DNA of 64,000 nucleotides from Blasia pusilla. Taxonomy: Eukaryota. The stretch covers positions 40,548,001 to 40,612,000 of the forward strand of contig CM114271.1 in the NCBI GenBank assembly GCA_050084515.1. The letters are read 5' to 3'. The notes under the pieces are model-generated. The model was not told the origin of the DNA, did no database searches, and worked only from the letters and a program-made list of their open reading frames with translations. The translations under genes were made by a program, and so were the position numbers. Below, piece after piece: positions 1 to 13,181 of the stretch; position 1 is the stretch's first letter, and each line of letters starts with the position of its first letter.

Positions 1-12
1 AGGGTGCCTTAC

Positions 13-1307
13 CAGTAATGGAGCCCAGGCCCACTGAGAAATAACCCGATGGCAACAAAAGAGAATACCCGCTTCCAATCCACCTTATCCAGCTTCTCAA
101 CAACGACCTAGACATCACCATCAAAAGGACGGTTCGAACAATCCAATCAAACAACATTCCATACTTACTACAAACAGATTGCATGCGAGATGCTCTTTGG
201 AGCAAAAATAACTAGGTTTTGTGACAACAGCGTATCATAACCAACTGGATCACCTTTCAAACAAAAAAAGTTTGGTATAGCAGCACCTGGCAAAAGATGT
301 CTGCAATAGCATTCAAGAGACCAGCCGTAATACTCTTGGCAACGAGTGGACGACTCTCCAGGAGACCATTATACCTGGCACAGTCCACTTCCAAGAGATA
401 AGAGTGGAGATGATCCGACAGGAATGTGGAACATGCAACGCGCGTTTGGGGACTTTGCATCGCCACACCATACCATGGCTGATAATTTTAACAGCTCCAA
501 TGTTGTACATGCTGGAAACTTGACCTTTACAAGAAGCAACCCGACAGGAGGATGGCAAGATCCAGAGACAGGACACTTTACCCAGGAGCACAGCTATATG
601 GGAGATACAGGCCAAAATTAGCAGCAGATATCCATTTCCACGATCATGTGCGAAAATGCAGCCCACCTTCGCTGCAATTCCAATATTTACCGATTTGCTG
701 CAAATTTAAGTTCGAAATCCGCGTCACATGACTGCTCTAGGTCATGGCAGGAGTGTGCAGAAGAAGCAAGTATAGTCAGGATAGATCAAAATATTGAACA
801 GCAGAAATTTGCGAGTGAAAACCTCACCATCGCAGGTTCTAGAGGTGGCACACGTGACATTAGACGTCTGAAGCTCAAAATCTGAAAATATGCAGGGTAG
901 GGCACGATCACTGACCAGATCCACAGTCCCGCTCCAAAAGTGAGACTCGCTTCATCTCCTGATCCGCCATTCAAGCCATCTCCTGGTCCCCCACCGCCGC
1001 CACCGCCACCACGTCCCGCAATGCCTCCACCTCTATCACCTCCCCCGTCGCCTAACGAAGCTTTCTCTGCATTTGCCCTGGCCCACGACATTCCCCTTTC
1101 TCCTAGCCCTAGTATTTTTCCATTTCCAAGCGACGACGTTAAACCCCCGAAATTCGACTGAATGATTCCATTCCGTCTCCCCGAACGCCCGACCGCCTCC
1201 TCTACCCTCCAATTCATCGCGTGGAACGACCATCGCCATACTCCCCCCGCACCCGTGGCAGTTACATTGCCGCAGCCGCATCTCGTTAGACTCATCGTCG
1301 TTGCCAT
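13..1307 (-). CDS. Mpv17/PMP22-family membrane protein with probable organellar transit peptide; 5' part only, continues off the left edge
   Basis: Exons 1307-916, 374-287 and 107-13 splice in frame at GT-AG sites. They give an N-terminal transit-like and Gly-rich region, then W-YNGLLESRPLVAKSITAGLLNAIADIFCQ-VVVEKLDKVDWKRVFSFVAIGLFLSGPGLHYW, which matches the Mpv17/PMP22 pattern (Y..LL...P...K..T....D...Q; D..R...F...G....GP..H.W). Confidence 0.85.
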
Positions 1308-1564
1308 GGAATGGCTCCCTCATGCGCTTCTCCGTCGCTTGCTCTGTGAGTGATCTTTCTTTCGTTATTTCTTTCTCCGTAGGGTTAGTTTGGAGACTTC
1401 CTCCCTCCCACCTCACCCCAACGACGAATCGCGACCGAAGCTCGGGTGGTCGCGACGTGTACCCTGCATGGACTCGGAGGTGGAAAACCACCGTAGAAGC
1501 AGATGGTGAAACCGAATGCTGCACAGGTGATCGAATTGCGCAGACGCGATGCTCCTGTTTCGTG

Positions 1565-1971
1565 TGACGTCGTGATTTCAGACTGCTTTATGGCAAAAAC
1601 ATTACAGAGGCTGTCGATACTGTGTCTATTGCCCAGCGTGACGTCGTGATGAAATTGTCGTGACCATCTCGGAGCGGCGGTCGTGGTCCTTGAGTCCTCC
1701 TGACCAGCTGAGTCCACGTGCTCTCTGAATTTCTGAAAAGCTAGCCACCGACTTCCACCGTGAGTCCGTGACTCATGCGATCGCAACTCAACGGAAGGTT
1801 TTCACCCATGGAGTATTCACCAATTACTTGCCACGTATACTCCGCCGCGTCACGATCGTACGTTCTGGACACCGATGACCGGAACAAGTCGTCAGGGACG
1901 CCACGTGCATCTCGCTCCTTTAGCGAAAACTGGAAGTGATACGTTTCATGAATCCAAAGCTTTCACGTGGC
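1565..1971. promoter_or_regulatory. Cluster of ACGT-core bZIP sites (C-box/G-box/ABRE-like) upstream of the Mpv17/PMP22 gene
   Basis: TGACGTC at 1565 and 1639 within a repeated GTGACGTCGTGAT; CACGTG at 1715; GCCACGT at 1830; GCCACGTG at 1900; CACGTGGC at 1964. Confidence 0.4.
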
Positions 1972-3129
1972 GCCTTCACCAGAGCTTTCTTGGGTCGTGA
2001 GAACCAAGAAAGTTGACTATTCTATGGATGAGATTGACTGCAAACTGTAGGGGCCAAGGACCGGACAAGATTCTTGCCCGGAATTGTGGATTCTATTCAT
2101 GACCGACAAGAGGAGTCTAAGCCAGGGGCACAACCAGTGAAAGCCGTGATGCTTTGATAGGAAACGAATACCTTTCAAGGTGCTCACTTCTTTTTGGGAG
2201 CAAGTCTAATCCAATCCAAATGCAACGCGATGATCCCCAGTCCTCCGGCGACTTCCACTAGGATCCGCTTTTTATATTTCGATGTGAGAAATTTGGCCTC
2301 CCACTTTCTTTTACTACCGGCGGAGTTTACGTGGCAAGTTAGGATGCATCTTAAAGACCTTTGCTCTCTAGGTCTGTGGGATGCATTCTAACTTGACGAA
2401 ACTCCAATCGAATACCGGCATGAAACGTTTTACACGTATGTGCCGTTCCCATTATATTTTTGTGCAACGTTTGACATATGTACTGTTCCCATCATCTTTT
2501 CCAATTTGTTCCTGATTGCTATAATACCTGTCATGAGTTCGATCCAGAGTATGTCTGTCAGAGAATGCGACTGCTCTGATCATCATCCCAGTTTGCAGGA
2601 GCAGAGCCATCATCCCCATCATCACACGTATCCAGGAATGAGTTTTGATATGGACGGCCTTATTTCTAATCGAACTGGGTACTCTTTATCAGACTCTCCC
2701 ATGTTCAGACGACCCAATATATTAAGGGCCCCAACCCACGGACCTCAGGTCGTGGCTACCCTAAGGTTGCTCGATTGTCTGTGCACAAAACTATGGGGCA
2801 CAGAAAAGATCATATCAGAGTTTGAGTCTCTGTTCAGTGCATTACCTCATCACAGCAAAATCTGCATACAATCTGTTGCTGTTGGAAAAAGAGTATACAG
2901 AAGGCAGGGTGTGCTCAATAGTGTGAATCACCTTACTGCATACTCGGTAAACTCGGGGCAGACTATGATCAAAGTATCTTTGGTATTCAGAGAGTATTCC
3001 CAATACACAGTAAAATACATAAAATCTCAGTGAGGTAGACACGATCCATTTTCCACTTTGAAAGACTGATATCGTTGCCTCAGATAATCAACAGAGTATG
3101 TTCTCTTTATACTCGGACGACAAAGCTAC

Positions 3130-3945
3130 ATAATCTCATTCAGAAGACTTAGACCTGACTGAACTCAGAACATAAGTTTCAGAGCAAGTACTCAGACCAG
3201 AATACTCTGAATACCATCAGAATATGTTATCTGTAAGAGCACCCATCAGAGAATTGAAATTAAGAAGCTGAGAGTGGAATTTGCATGTTCTGAGTGAACT
3301 CAGAACATGCTCACTGCAGAGAACATACTCAGGCCAGAAAGCTCTCAAGACCATCTCAGTATATTTCCTGTAAGAGCACTGGCATCAGAGTACTGAAGTT
3401 GTACTCTCTCAGTTGAGAGGCCTTTTACTTCTAAGTCTCTGAATGAGATTATTACATAATCTCATTCAGAGAAATCTGAATGAGTAAAAGTGAGAATTTG
3501 AATGAGTAAAAGTGAGAATCTGAATGAGTAAATGTGAGAATTTGAATGAGTAAGTGACTTCAAAGTACATACTGAGTGATATGAGAGTAAATACTCAGAC
3601 CATAGTACTCGGATCTGAATATCATCACAGTACTCAGAGTACCATCAGGGTATGTTCTTTGTATGATCACTCACTCCCGTGAGAGTACTTAAGTTGTATA
3701 CTCTCAACTAAGAGCTTTCGTCTGAGTGACTTCAAGGTACATACTCTAAGTTCGCTCAGAGTATTAACGCTACAGCTAGGAGAGTAAATACTCAGACCAG
3801 ATCTCTCTGATCCCAGTATGATCATGATGCTCTGGGTATTTTCTCTGTATGAGTATTCCCAGAGTTCTGAAGTTATATTCTCTCTGTTGAGAACTTTCAT
3901 CTGAGTGACTTCGAGGTACATACTCAGTTCACTCAGCCTACTCAG
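3130..3945. repeat. Degenerate tandem repeat array (~130-170 bp units) containing a 22-bp minisatellite
   Basis: Recurring ACTCAG(A/G)CCA...CTCT...ACCATC and GAGTGACTTC(A/G)AGGTACATACT blocks; 3.5 copies of TGAATGAGTAAAAGTGAGAAT(T/C) at 3477-3553. Confidence 0.7.
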
Positions 3946-4422
3946 GTCGCCATCGAACTCTATAGACGCACGAGAGTTTAGAGTATAGACCAATCTCCCT
4001 CTCAATCGCCTCCCTATCACAGAGTAAATTGATGCCAACGAACCAGCTGCCAATGCCTTGGAAATGTACCAGAATTTTCTTAAATATTTGTATTGCGTTG
4101 TTCTCCCTAGAAAACGAAAGGAATGGCTGGAGAATTGAAGTTATATCAAAACAGACCTTGAGGAAATTGAGTGCCACTCCAACTCTCTCAATCAAGTGTG
4201 CTGAGCTCAACCAGTGGATTCTCCGTCGAGCTCAATAAAATTTTATGCCGTCCGGCGTTCAGATTCATAAATGACATTCATGGATACCAACTCAGTCTCA
4301 ATAACGCCACTTCACTCGTAGATTTCAAGTTGCGATACAAAATTAGGTTACTCAGTCTCACTATCGCCCCTTCACCCGTGCATTCCCAGTTTAGGGTGCT
4401 ATACAAAATTTCCGCTTGTGCC

Positions 4423-5376
4423 TTAACGATAACGCCTAAGCGACAATGTGTTGTGACGCTTCCATGTAGCATGAACTGACGGCCGGGATTTGTTGTACAA
4501 ATGACCTCTGCCCCGCAGACCACGATGTTTCTTGCCCGTGGACGTCAACCCGCGCAGCTCACGATGCTTGTGGACAGGGTTCACTATCCAGTTGATCCTG
4601 GGATCGTTGCGGATTGCCTTGTGAGCGACATCCACTAGGATGACTTCGTAATACTTGTAGGTGGAATCCTGCGGAGAACACAGTTGTCATTTGGATCTCA
4701 GAGACCAGGCGACTTCCATGGCACATTCGCATATTGAGGGCGGACTTCAGAATTAGGTCCATCGATTAGAATACCTGGCAATGCAATATTAAGACACACC
4801 GAACCGGTGTTTAAACAGTGAGAAGTACCTGGTTGATCCAGTAAGAATTCAGAACTCTCAAACCACCCAACTTACGCCCCGCACGCTCCTCCGCCACAGA
4901 CCTCAAGTTGCGCTGAAACTTCAATTGGGTAATACCCTGATTCTTTGGCTTACCGTAAACAATACCCTTGGATACAGGTCTCTTCCTACCTCCCCTCCTC
5001 ACGCGGATCCGGTAGACAACGTATCCCTACAAGTCAAATCAGGAACCTCAGCGCTTGATACCGTCCACGAAGCTTGCTCGGGTGAATATCTGGGTCACGC
5101 CCCACGCCGATAGAAGGAAACAAATGCCACAAAACCGACGGCCAAGAGTAGAGACGAAGGCCCTCGTTACAGAACGCAGTCGTCGCAATGTGGCTAAAAT
5201 CATACCTGTTTGGCCTTATACCCAAGACGCCGAGCTTTGTCCGGGCGAGAGGGACGCGTGATGCGCACAATCCCGGGAAGTTGACGAAACTCCCAACATC
5301 GTACACGCAGCAAAAACCTCAACACGTCCGACTGCTTCTTGCGCCACAACTCTTCCACATATTTGTAAGCACCCAT
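4423..5376 (-). CDS. RPL15: 60S ribosomal protein L15 (eL15), copy 1, intact, 204 aa
   Basis: Exons 5376-5206, 5026-4829 and 4668-4423 with canonical GT-AG sites give [18 protein letters not shown]...[22 protein letters not shown]...[18 protein letters not shown]...LSLRRYR* (57+66+81 aa). Confidence 0.97.
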
Positions 5377-5542
5377 CCCTCCTGCCCCTGCTCCCGCTCC
5401 CGCTCCGCCTCCCGACGAGCGTCCCAGCACCGCACCTAGAATCTCAAAGCGCAAAAAGATACTTCAAACTGCTTTCCGGAGGAGGCCCCTGTAATGCTCA
5501 GGTTTCTCGCCCTCCCTTTAGCCGGCCCTTTGGAGTACGGGC

Positions 5543-5550
5543 TAGGGTTT
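5543..5550 (-). promoter_or_regulatory. Telo-box (AAACCCTA) upstream of RPL15 copy 1
   Basis: TAGGGTTT on the + strand, conserved in copy 2 (14697-14705). Telo-boxes are typical of plant ribosomal protein genes. Confidence 0.6.
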
Positions 5551-6260
5551 CCTCCGTGGCCCGACTGTAATCACCTCGTCTGCGGACAACTAAATTGCAA
5601 CTTGGATTTTGAGGTCTACTGGACAGTTCTTATGTCAAGTAGACTCTCAACTAGATTCGATTATTCATTATAAAAGAATTTAAAAGACGACCGGTTACCG
5701 TCCTTTGATTTTCCGTCCAACGATCGTTCTTAGTATTAGGTTTAGGTTTAGGACAAGGGACCCGCCTAAGGTATGTGGATTGATAGTCGTCGATTTAGCA
5801 TCGGAAGGATTCCGCGACCATGGAATTGCTCCATGAGGACCTGCTCTAAGGCTCTTTGTCGAAGGTGCCGGTTCCTAAACCTGCTTTACCGATCGGAAAA
5901 CTATTTTCACGGAAGGGTCACCGGCCAGCGAAAAGAGAGTGTCGAAAATCATCCAATAGTTTTGACGATTGAGAATAAAAGTAGTCAGAAATTTTTAGAG
6001 GGTAGAAGGGATTTAGGAGGAGTTCGAATGGGAGTTAGTAAAGGTTTTAGTAGAATTTAGGTTAATTTTGTGAGTAAACATAAGGAAAACTAACCCGGAA
6101 ACCTGTTATCCGTTGGACAAACATTTTGTTCACCGGAAGAAAATTGGACACGATGAATCCCTATCGGAATAGGAGTGGATCACATTTTTAAAAACCGAAT
6201 AGGCATATATGTATCCGGTAAAAAATGGACAGACAAAATGAAACTGTCCGAGCCTTGCTA

Positions 6261-6445
6261 CTAGTGGGCAGCATGTGCTATGCATGGGAGTGAATGGACT
6301 TATTCTGTTGCACAAAAAATCTCTTCTTGTTGCCTCTAGAGGGAGAAATGTTTATTTGCTACCCCAGAATAGAAAACATTTTCTTGCTGCTTGGTTGCCA
6401 CATGTCAAGCAAAGATGTGTTAGCAAATCAAGAACGCACTTTCCA
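6261..6445 (-). mobile_element. Helitron-type 3' terminus
   Basis: The minus strand reads ...CATGCATAGCACATGCTGCCCA-CTAG-T. It is homologous over most of 6261-6445 to 20360-20495 in inverted orientation. Confidence 0.55.
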
Positions 6446-7781
6446 ATAATAATTTACAATGGTATTAGTGGGAAAAGTTGGGCTAATGCAAAATTGAAAT
6501 ACCTATCATGTGACATGAATTTTCAAACCAGTGGGCGGCCTTGAGAGGGGGAAAGTATTATAAAATTACTAAACACATGTGTGGAGTACACGTGGATAGT
6601 CTAAACGACGAGAAAAAAAATTGCACATATCGGTAGAGGCCATAATCACCAATCTACTCTGGTTTGATTGTTTCTTTGATCCGTTCATATGTAGTAGCAC
6701 TAGTATCTATGCGTTGATTTCAAACTCAAACGATGTGAGATAGTCCGGATGGCAAGCATATCTTTAAGATGTAAGTTGGATATATATGCCTCACCCCCTC
6801 ATTTGAAACATAGCTAAAGTAAATATGGTCTTGCACACAATACATAATGAATTAGTGACAAGAAGCATTTTTATTCATAAAATAAAATGAAAATTTTTCA
6901 GAAAAAAAATAGGAAATGATTACTACCCCTCTAGGAAAGCATGGCATGCCTTTTGCATTTATATGGTCCACATCTATACTTCTTGATGTCAAAATAATCA
7001 TATCTCTCAAGAAATCGATGTCATGAAATTGGCAAAGTGTATTTCCATATACAATATGAATAAGATTGTTCATCTTATTTCTTTTAGTAACCATATCATA
7101 TGGAAATTGTATAAATTTAACTCCCCAATGAGGATAGAAGATATATGATCATCTCCCGCCTCCAATAACCAACCAACAAAAGCTTGTTGATGAGCATGTA
7201 TATGACCTTCTAACCTTTGAACTTTCATGTTTGTCGTAAATTTCATCATCTTGATAGAAGATCATGGAGATTATCTCTTTCTAGTGGCTTAGATGATTTT
7301 TAGACATACCCCTTCACAAACAACATGCAAGACTTAACAGGAATCACCATCAAATATCATGAGTTTTTTGGCCAAATGATATCTATCTTAGATAAGCAGA
7401 GACAACTCCCGCAATATCTTATAGAGTATGATTTATTACCTCGAATTCAAAAAAATGAATCATAGGTACCTCATCCAACAAGTCATCCCATGTAATAATC
7501 ATTGCATTATAGATTAAGCATGTTGCATCACAATTAATTATTAAACTACAAATCACACAATGAAGTAAATTAGAACTTGTAATATTTTAGGATATGAATA
7601 TAAATTTATTGAAATAAATGGAATACAAATGCATGAAATATTTACTTACAAGTAAAGCTCTCACGAGGATTGATGGGAATCTTGAAGCGTGAATGTGTCA
7701 TATGTTCTCTATCTAACGATAAAGCAATTATTCCAAATCATGCAACAACCAAAGCTATACCTCTTTCATTTTGCACACCCG

Positions 7782-7786
<5 letters not shown>

Positions 7787-7852
<66 letters not shown>
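7787..7852. repeat. (CT)n microsatellite
   Basis: Perfect dinucleotide run. Confidence 0.95.
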
Positions 7853-7854
<2 letters not shown>

Positions 7855-8225
7855 GTGTGTGACCATTATGGTCTAGAGGAAATGACATTATATATCTAGG
7901 CACAAACCAAGACCTCATATTTTTTGAAACACATGAACATGATTCCAACCGCATTCCCAATACAAAGAAGTTTCTAGTCCTAGCTATCCGCAACCCATTG
8001 ACAAACAAAAATACCGAAGAACACAGTGGTTTGGCATACTTGGTAGCACCAAGGTTACAACCTTTTGTCTCCATAGCCGACATTGATGACAAAAACACTT
8101 CTTTTGGATCAAGGTCACCAAAGAAGCGGGATTACCATTGTGAACTAGACATAACTCACAATGATAATATTCCAACTCTCAACTCATATAATAGTCCAAA
8201 TAGTGTAGTGACTAAGATCACAAGA

Positions 8226-9180
8226 CACTAAAAGAGGTCAGATTTGAGTCTCTTCATGATTCCATGAAGAGAATGAATGATAAAAAAATGTACTTATATG
8301 ACTACCACAATCATTGGACATAAAAATTGGTAGTTATGGATGAGTTATATGACTCATAAAATATCATTGCTATAGTCCTTGAATATAAGAACAGCCAGTC
8401 ATTAAGGAGTAACATGACTCATTATAGGAGTGTTACAAGCATTGGACATAAGAACATGCAGTCATTGAACTCTTAGATGACTCACATTGAATGACTGCCA
8501 CAATCATGGGATAAACTAATATGCATTCCATTAAGAATTAAATGACTCATGTGAATGACTTGGTTATCATCATTAAATATAATGTGATGACTTCATTCTT
8601 CAAACCATGCCTTGGAATGACTAGTCATGACTTATAATGACTGATATGAATGAAGTGGCTATCATGAATTAAATATAATACGATGACTTTATTACTCAAC
8701 TGATGACTTGACATGACTAGTTATGACTTATGATGACTGACTATGACTCGACTTTAACGATCTACCATCTAAAAATAATGGTTATTTTGTGATTCATGGA
8801 ATACCACTTATGACTCCCAACATGACTACAAAACAAAAAAATAATGACTCATCCTATGACTAGGCCCATGATTCTAACAAGTCATTATTTATGTATCAAA
8901 TATGATCATACTAAAAAAAAAGCGTATCATCCACGTCACTAATATGAAGTGGATTACAAGACGTGTTCATATGGACTAATTATAGCCTTCATCCCATGAC
9001 TCTACTAATTGAAATAAATGAAATCATGCACACAATGACTCAAATGATGTTTAGTCATGAAACAAAAATGACATGTCTTTCATGATTCATGTGTTCATCA
9101 ATCAACGTGAGTGATGTCATGTATAATATGACTCCTCTGAGTCATATAATGTAGTCATTAAACACCTTTCCCTCCTAGTG
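8226..9180. mobile_element. Non-autonomous CACTA-like DNA transposon
   Basis: Starts CACTAAAAGAGG and ends CCTCCTAGTG (reverse complement CACTAGGAGG). The interior carries many ATGACT/AGTCAT subterminal-type motifs. The 3-bp flanks do not match (aga/atg), so it is old or its ends are imprecise. Confidence 0.6.
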
Positions 9181-12100
9181 ATGATCGTTGCAATATAGGT
9201 GGTGTGATGAGGATATAGCAACATACCTCGTTTGTTACCTTATCAATGTCCTCTAAGTTTCTCTAGAGGATAACGTGAGAATGTAGGTTGCCCCTGTTCT
9301 ACAATTTATATCTTACTAGGTAGTTGGTTACACGATCGAGGATTTGCGGACCACTGAGTATGTGATTTCCAAAAAACATCATAAATCGTGTATGGAATAC
9401 CATAGCACCCTCCATTGGAGCATCTCTCCACAAGAAGCTAGGGTTAAGTTTCTGCATAAGCCTCTCAATGTTGCCGATTGCTAGCCACCTTGTCTCTGAA
9501 ACCTCATCTCAAGTAGGAGTTAAGAAAAAGTCAAACGTTCCCCATTTGTTCACCATTGTCTTGAGGTTTTGAAGGTGGCGTTGATGCCACAATGGGCTAC
9601 TAGGAATATGAGCACTAAAATTGTATTTACATATTTGAGAATACAACTGCTCATCGTGAAGGTTAGGCTTTTTTTTCTCAAACTTAAGTCCTCGGTTCAG
9701 AATACATGTGCGAAGAGATGACGCGAGAGCAATAGATTGTCACCGTTGGTGCATCACAAGGATGTACCATTTGTAAAGTGTGAAAACAAAAAAAAGGAAC
9801 CTACTTGATTTGAGCACGAATGTAATCAACAAATGTCATGCTACCATTGAAATATCCTCGGAAGTAAGGAGCGGAAATGGAATTTTAAGTCTGTATCAAG
9901 TGAGAGATCGTTTTCGTCACTAAGAAAGTGATCACTATAATGGGCATTGTCTCTAAGAGAAAACTCCCATTATGGAAGATATCATATCATGCCCTCCACT
10001 CAACCGGTAAGGAGTACTATGCATCCTGGAGGACATTCAGTTTTGCATTATATGGGTCGGCATCTATGCTAGGCATGAACTATCCCCTTTCCTGAGATGC
10101 CTTGATGTTATCATCTACACATGAGGCCCTAGGGCAGTACAACAAGACCACAATTTGGTTGTGGCATCTCTATTTGGGGTATATATTGTGAAAAAACTTG
10201 TTTACATACAAGTTAACCAAGAAAACCCTTCTTTCTTGTGTGGATATGTACTCGGTCTCCTCAACCTTTGAACAATGGGTATCCCATATGAGTAGTGGAC
10301 CTAACATGGAAAATTCCCCAATGGAATCCTTTTTCCTTTGCCTCAATGCTTAGTCGCGAGACAACAAGGGAGGGCAACTGCAACTAAAGTGGGCTTACCG
10401 CCAAGATATTGCGCATATAAGGGGGAGTCACATACATTGTAAGTTGCACTAGGGCCACTAGGTGAACGCTGCTGGCAATCATAAAATGTACCATGAGAGC
10501 GGATCTTATTCTCTAGCGTGTAGCTGTTGTAGAGACCATAGGGTGCATACACTTGTGTCCTGCTGGACGGTCATCTGTAGCTAGCCATTGTTGTATGATA
10601 ACGATTTGCAATAACCGCAATACATCATTTCCTTTGTAAATAATTAGCACTGATTGGTCCAAGTAGCCTCCCAGAGACACTTAGCGTCTTTGCTAAAACA
10701 TCCCTGTAACAATTTCTCCCTATCTATCACTCTGGTTCTTGCTTGCCTCCTGCGAGCTCTTCGTCTAGTTCAGTTTGGTATCTGGCTGCTATGTCTGTTC
10801 TAGGCTGTGTTATCGTTGTCATACTAGTGCAACTTGAGATTGTGTGGTGAAGGGTTATGATTTTGTGAATCCAGCTGCATCAATCCAGTCAATACCGCAG
10901 GATGGGCAATAATATACACATCACAATTACCAGCTGTTTTTTATGCTTGTTCTTAGTGCATGTTAACCTTCTCATATTAATGCAACTTGAGGCTATGTGC
11001 TATCAAATGGCACGGTCTAGAGAGTGCTGTAGGATGGGCAACATTACACACGCTACAACTACGGTCTACTTAGAGGTGTAGGACCTATGGTCCTTAGGAA
11101 CACATGAATGTTGTCTGTGGTGAAAAAACATCCAAGTTTTACACACAAGGAGAGTAAGATAGCATGGCAAGGCAGGTGAGTACAGTCGTGTCTGTTATGG
11201 AATGTGGATATCAAAAGTTGCAGAGGTTATCTTAGACTTGCAGGAGGGACAACAAGGGATATTAATAGGATGTAGCTGGATAGGACACATTCATCTTATT
11301 GCGTATAAAGCATGTACCACATAAGGTTGGGGATTAGCAAGACACAAGGAACTGGCGTTCGGTTCAACTTACCTTCCTTACGAGAGTGGCAGCGATATGG
11401 CTTGTATAGAGTGTACATGGTTGTCTTCACTTGCAGTGTAACAGCTATGTACCAAGCTAGTGAAGTATCTAGGCATTAGATGAAGTGATCCCATACCTGA
11501 ACTACCTCGTTTGCAAAATTTAATACCCTAAATTGACCACCACCTAAGCAGTAATTGGTATCAACTGTACTTCAATGCCTCATGAGAATCGTATACGAGC
11601 TTCATTCAGCTCTGGCCTGGCTTGTGGGTTGTGAGTGTCCTTAGTAGGGCTCACAGTAGTAATGGAATGTGGACACTAGGACTCGTGACTCATCTAGGAC
11701 TCGCAGCAGTTACAACAAACTACATTAGGCTATAGCTGAAAAGTACAAAAAGGCCGTGTTGGGTATACAAGTACCACTCATGGTCAAACAAGCCAGACAC
11801 CAGAGTTGGAGTTCAATTAAGTTTTTCTTACAGGGGACAACGACAGCAATTGCAGATGTGGCTAAGTCTTTATGTCGACACCTCTGACCATGCGATCTCC
11901 CTGCCCATGTGGATGTCGAGCTATCCAGTACAAGAAAACCGGAGCATGAGTGCTTTAAAAATACTTGCATCTTTAGCAGATACTAAAAAGGCTAAGCTAC
12001 ACCCTCTCTGAATTGCACGACCATAAATATGAGAGCTTGAGAGAACTTGGAAGGGTTGTTAAAGCTATTAAGCAAGATCCACTGAACTTGCACCTTGACT

Positions 12101-13181
12101 TGAACTGGGTCTCCCAGACTGATTTTGAGTCGTGCAGTCCAAAAAATAATACAAAGGAAACATGTGAATCAAGTAACCTTATTAAGGATAACAACAAGAC
12201 TTCTGTGTCTGCATGCCTCTATATTTTGAGGCTACTGCATCGCAATCTTGCAGTAAAGATGATTGAGCAGAGCATGTCGCAAGTTTCTTTGAGCTATGTC
12301 ACTAGAATGTGACGATGAACATCTGCCCGAGGAAGTCCCTTCAACAATTGAAGAAGGGGTCATGTTTGGTGAAGATAGTACACCAACAATTGATCAAGGA
12401 GTGGTCAAAACAGTTGGTGGTAACTTCGTAGACATGGAGGAAATGACATGTGTTGTATCCCTTGCTGGGATGTTAGTGAATGGCTAGTGTGGTGTCACAT
12501 GAATTGCTCGACGCCTGAGTTGTGTCATGATAAGACTTAAGTCATTGCTATTTCTTTGCAGTACCGTGAAGCTTAGTGCTATGGGGACAGACCGATGGAC
12601 AACTCAGGGACCATGGATAGACAACCTAGAAACAATGAGTAGTGAGCATGTAAACAGTGCAGAGAAGCAATAAAGGATAATAAGAATTGTAACTGAGCTC
12701 ACGACTGATAACTTGAGTACACTTAAGCAATCTTTGCAACAAACAAAGAGGAAATGCGACTCACACGTAACAGCAACAGTAGGATGAGATCCCGTCAATT
12801 TGTCACACTATACTTGATAACAACTAAAATTACTTAGCCAAAGCATGTGTAGAAAGACACCACAACTTACATACAGTAATTCAATACCGTCCTACCCAGA
12901 TGTAGGTACCCTAAACACTACCTAAAAATATCTCATGCTGGCTCAGGAATTCCACATGGCACTACAAACAGACCTGAATTGTTGACACACTCGTGTCATT
13001 GTTCACACTGACCAAACCAACCATTGGACTGAAACAGTGAAATGGTGGGAAAGCCCTAGTAGAGACAATGCATGCAACAATAGAGCACCACCCTCATTTA
13101 CGGGCGACCACTGGGTTGGGAGCGCCCTTGGTTGGCTGGGTAGCAAGCCCCAAGAACGTCACCTCTGTAACACATCAATAT

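Noticed and set aside
2440-3033. 197-aa ORF with a His-rich patch
   Set aside because: No recognisable family motifs or splice structure; runs into repeat-like sequence.
9200-13100. Possible decayed retroelement or transposase sequence between the RPL15 copies
   Set aside because: Only faint integrase-like words near 9750-9900; not enough to assign by eye.
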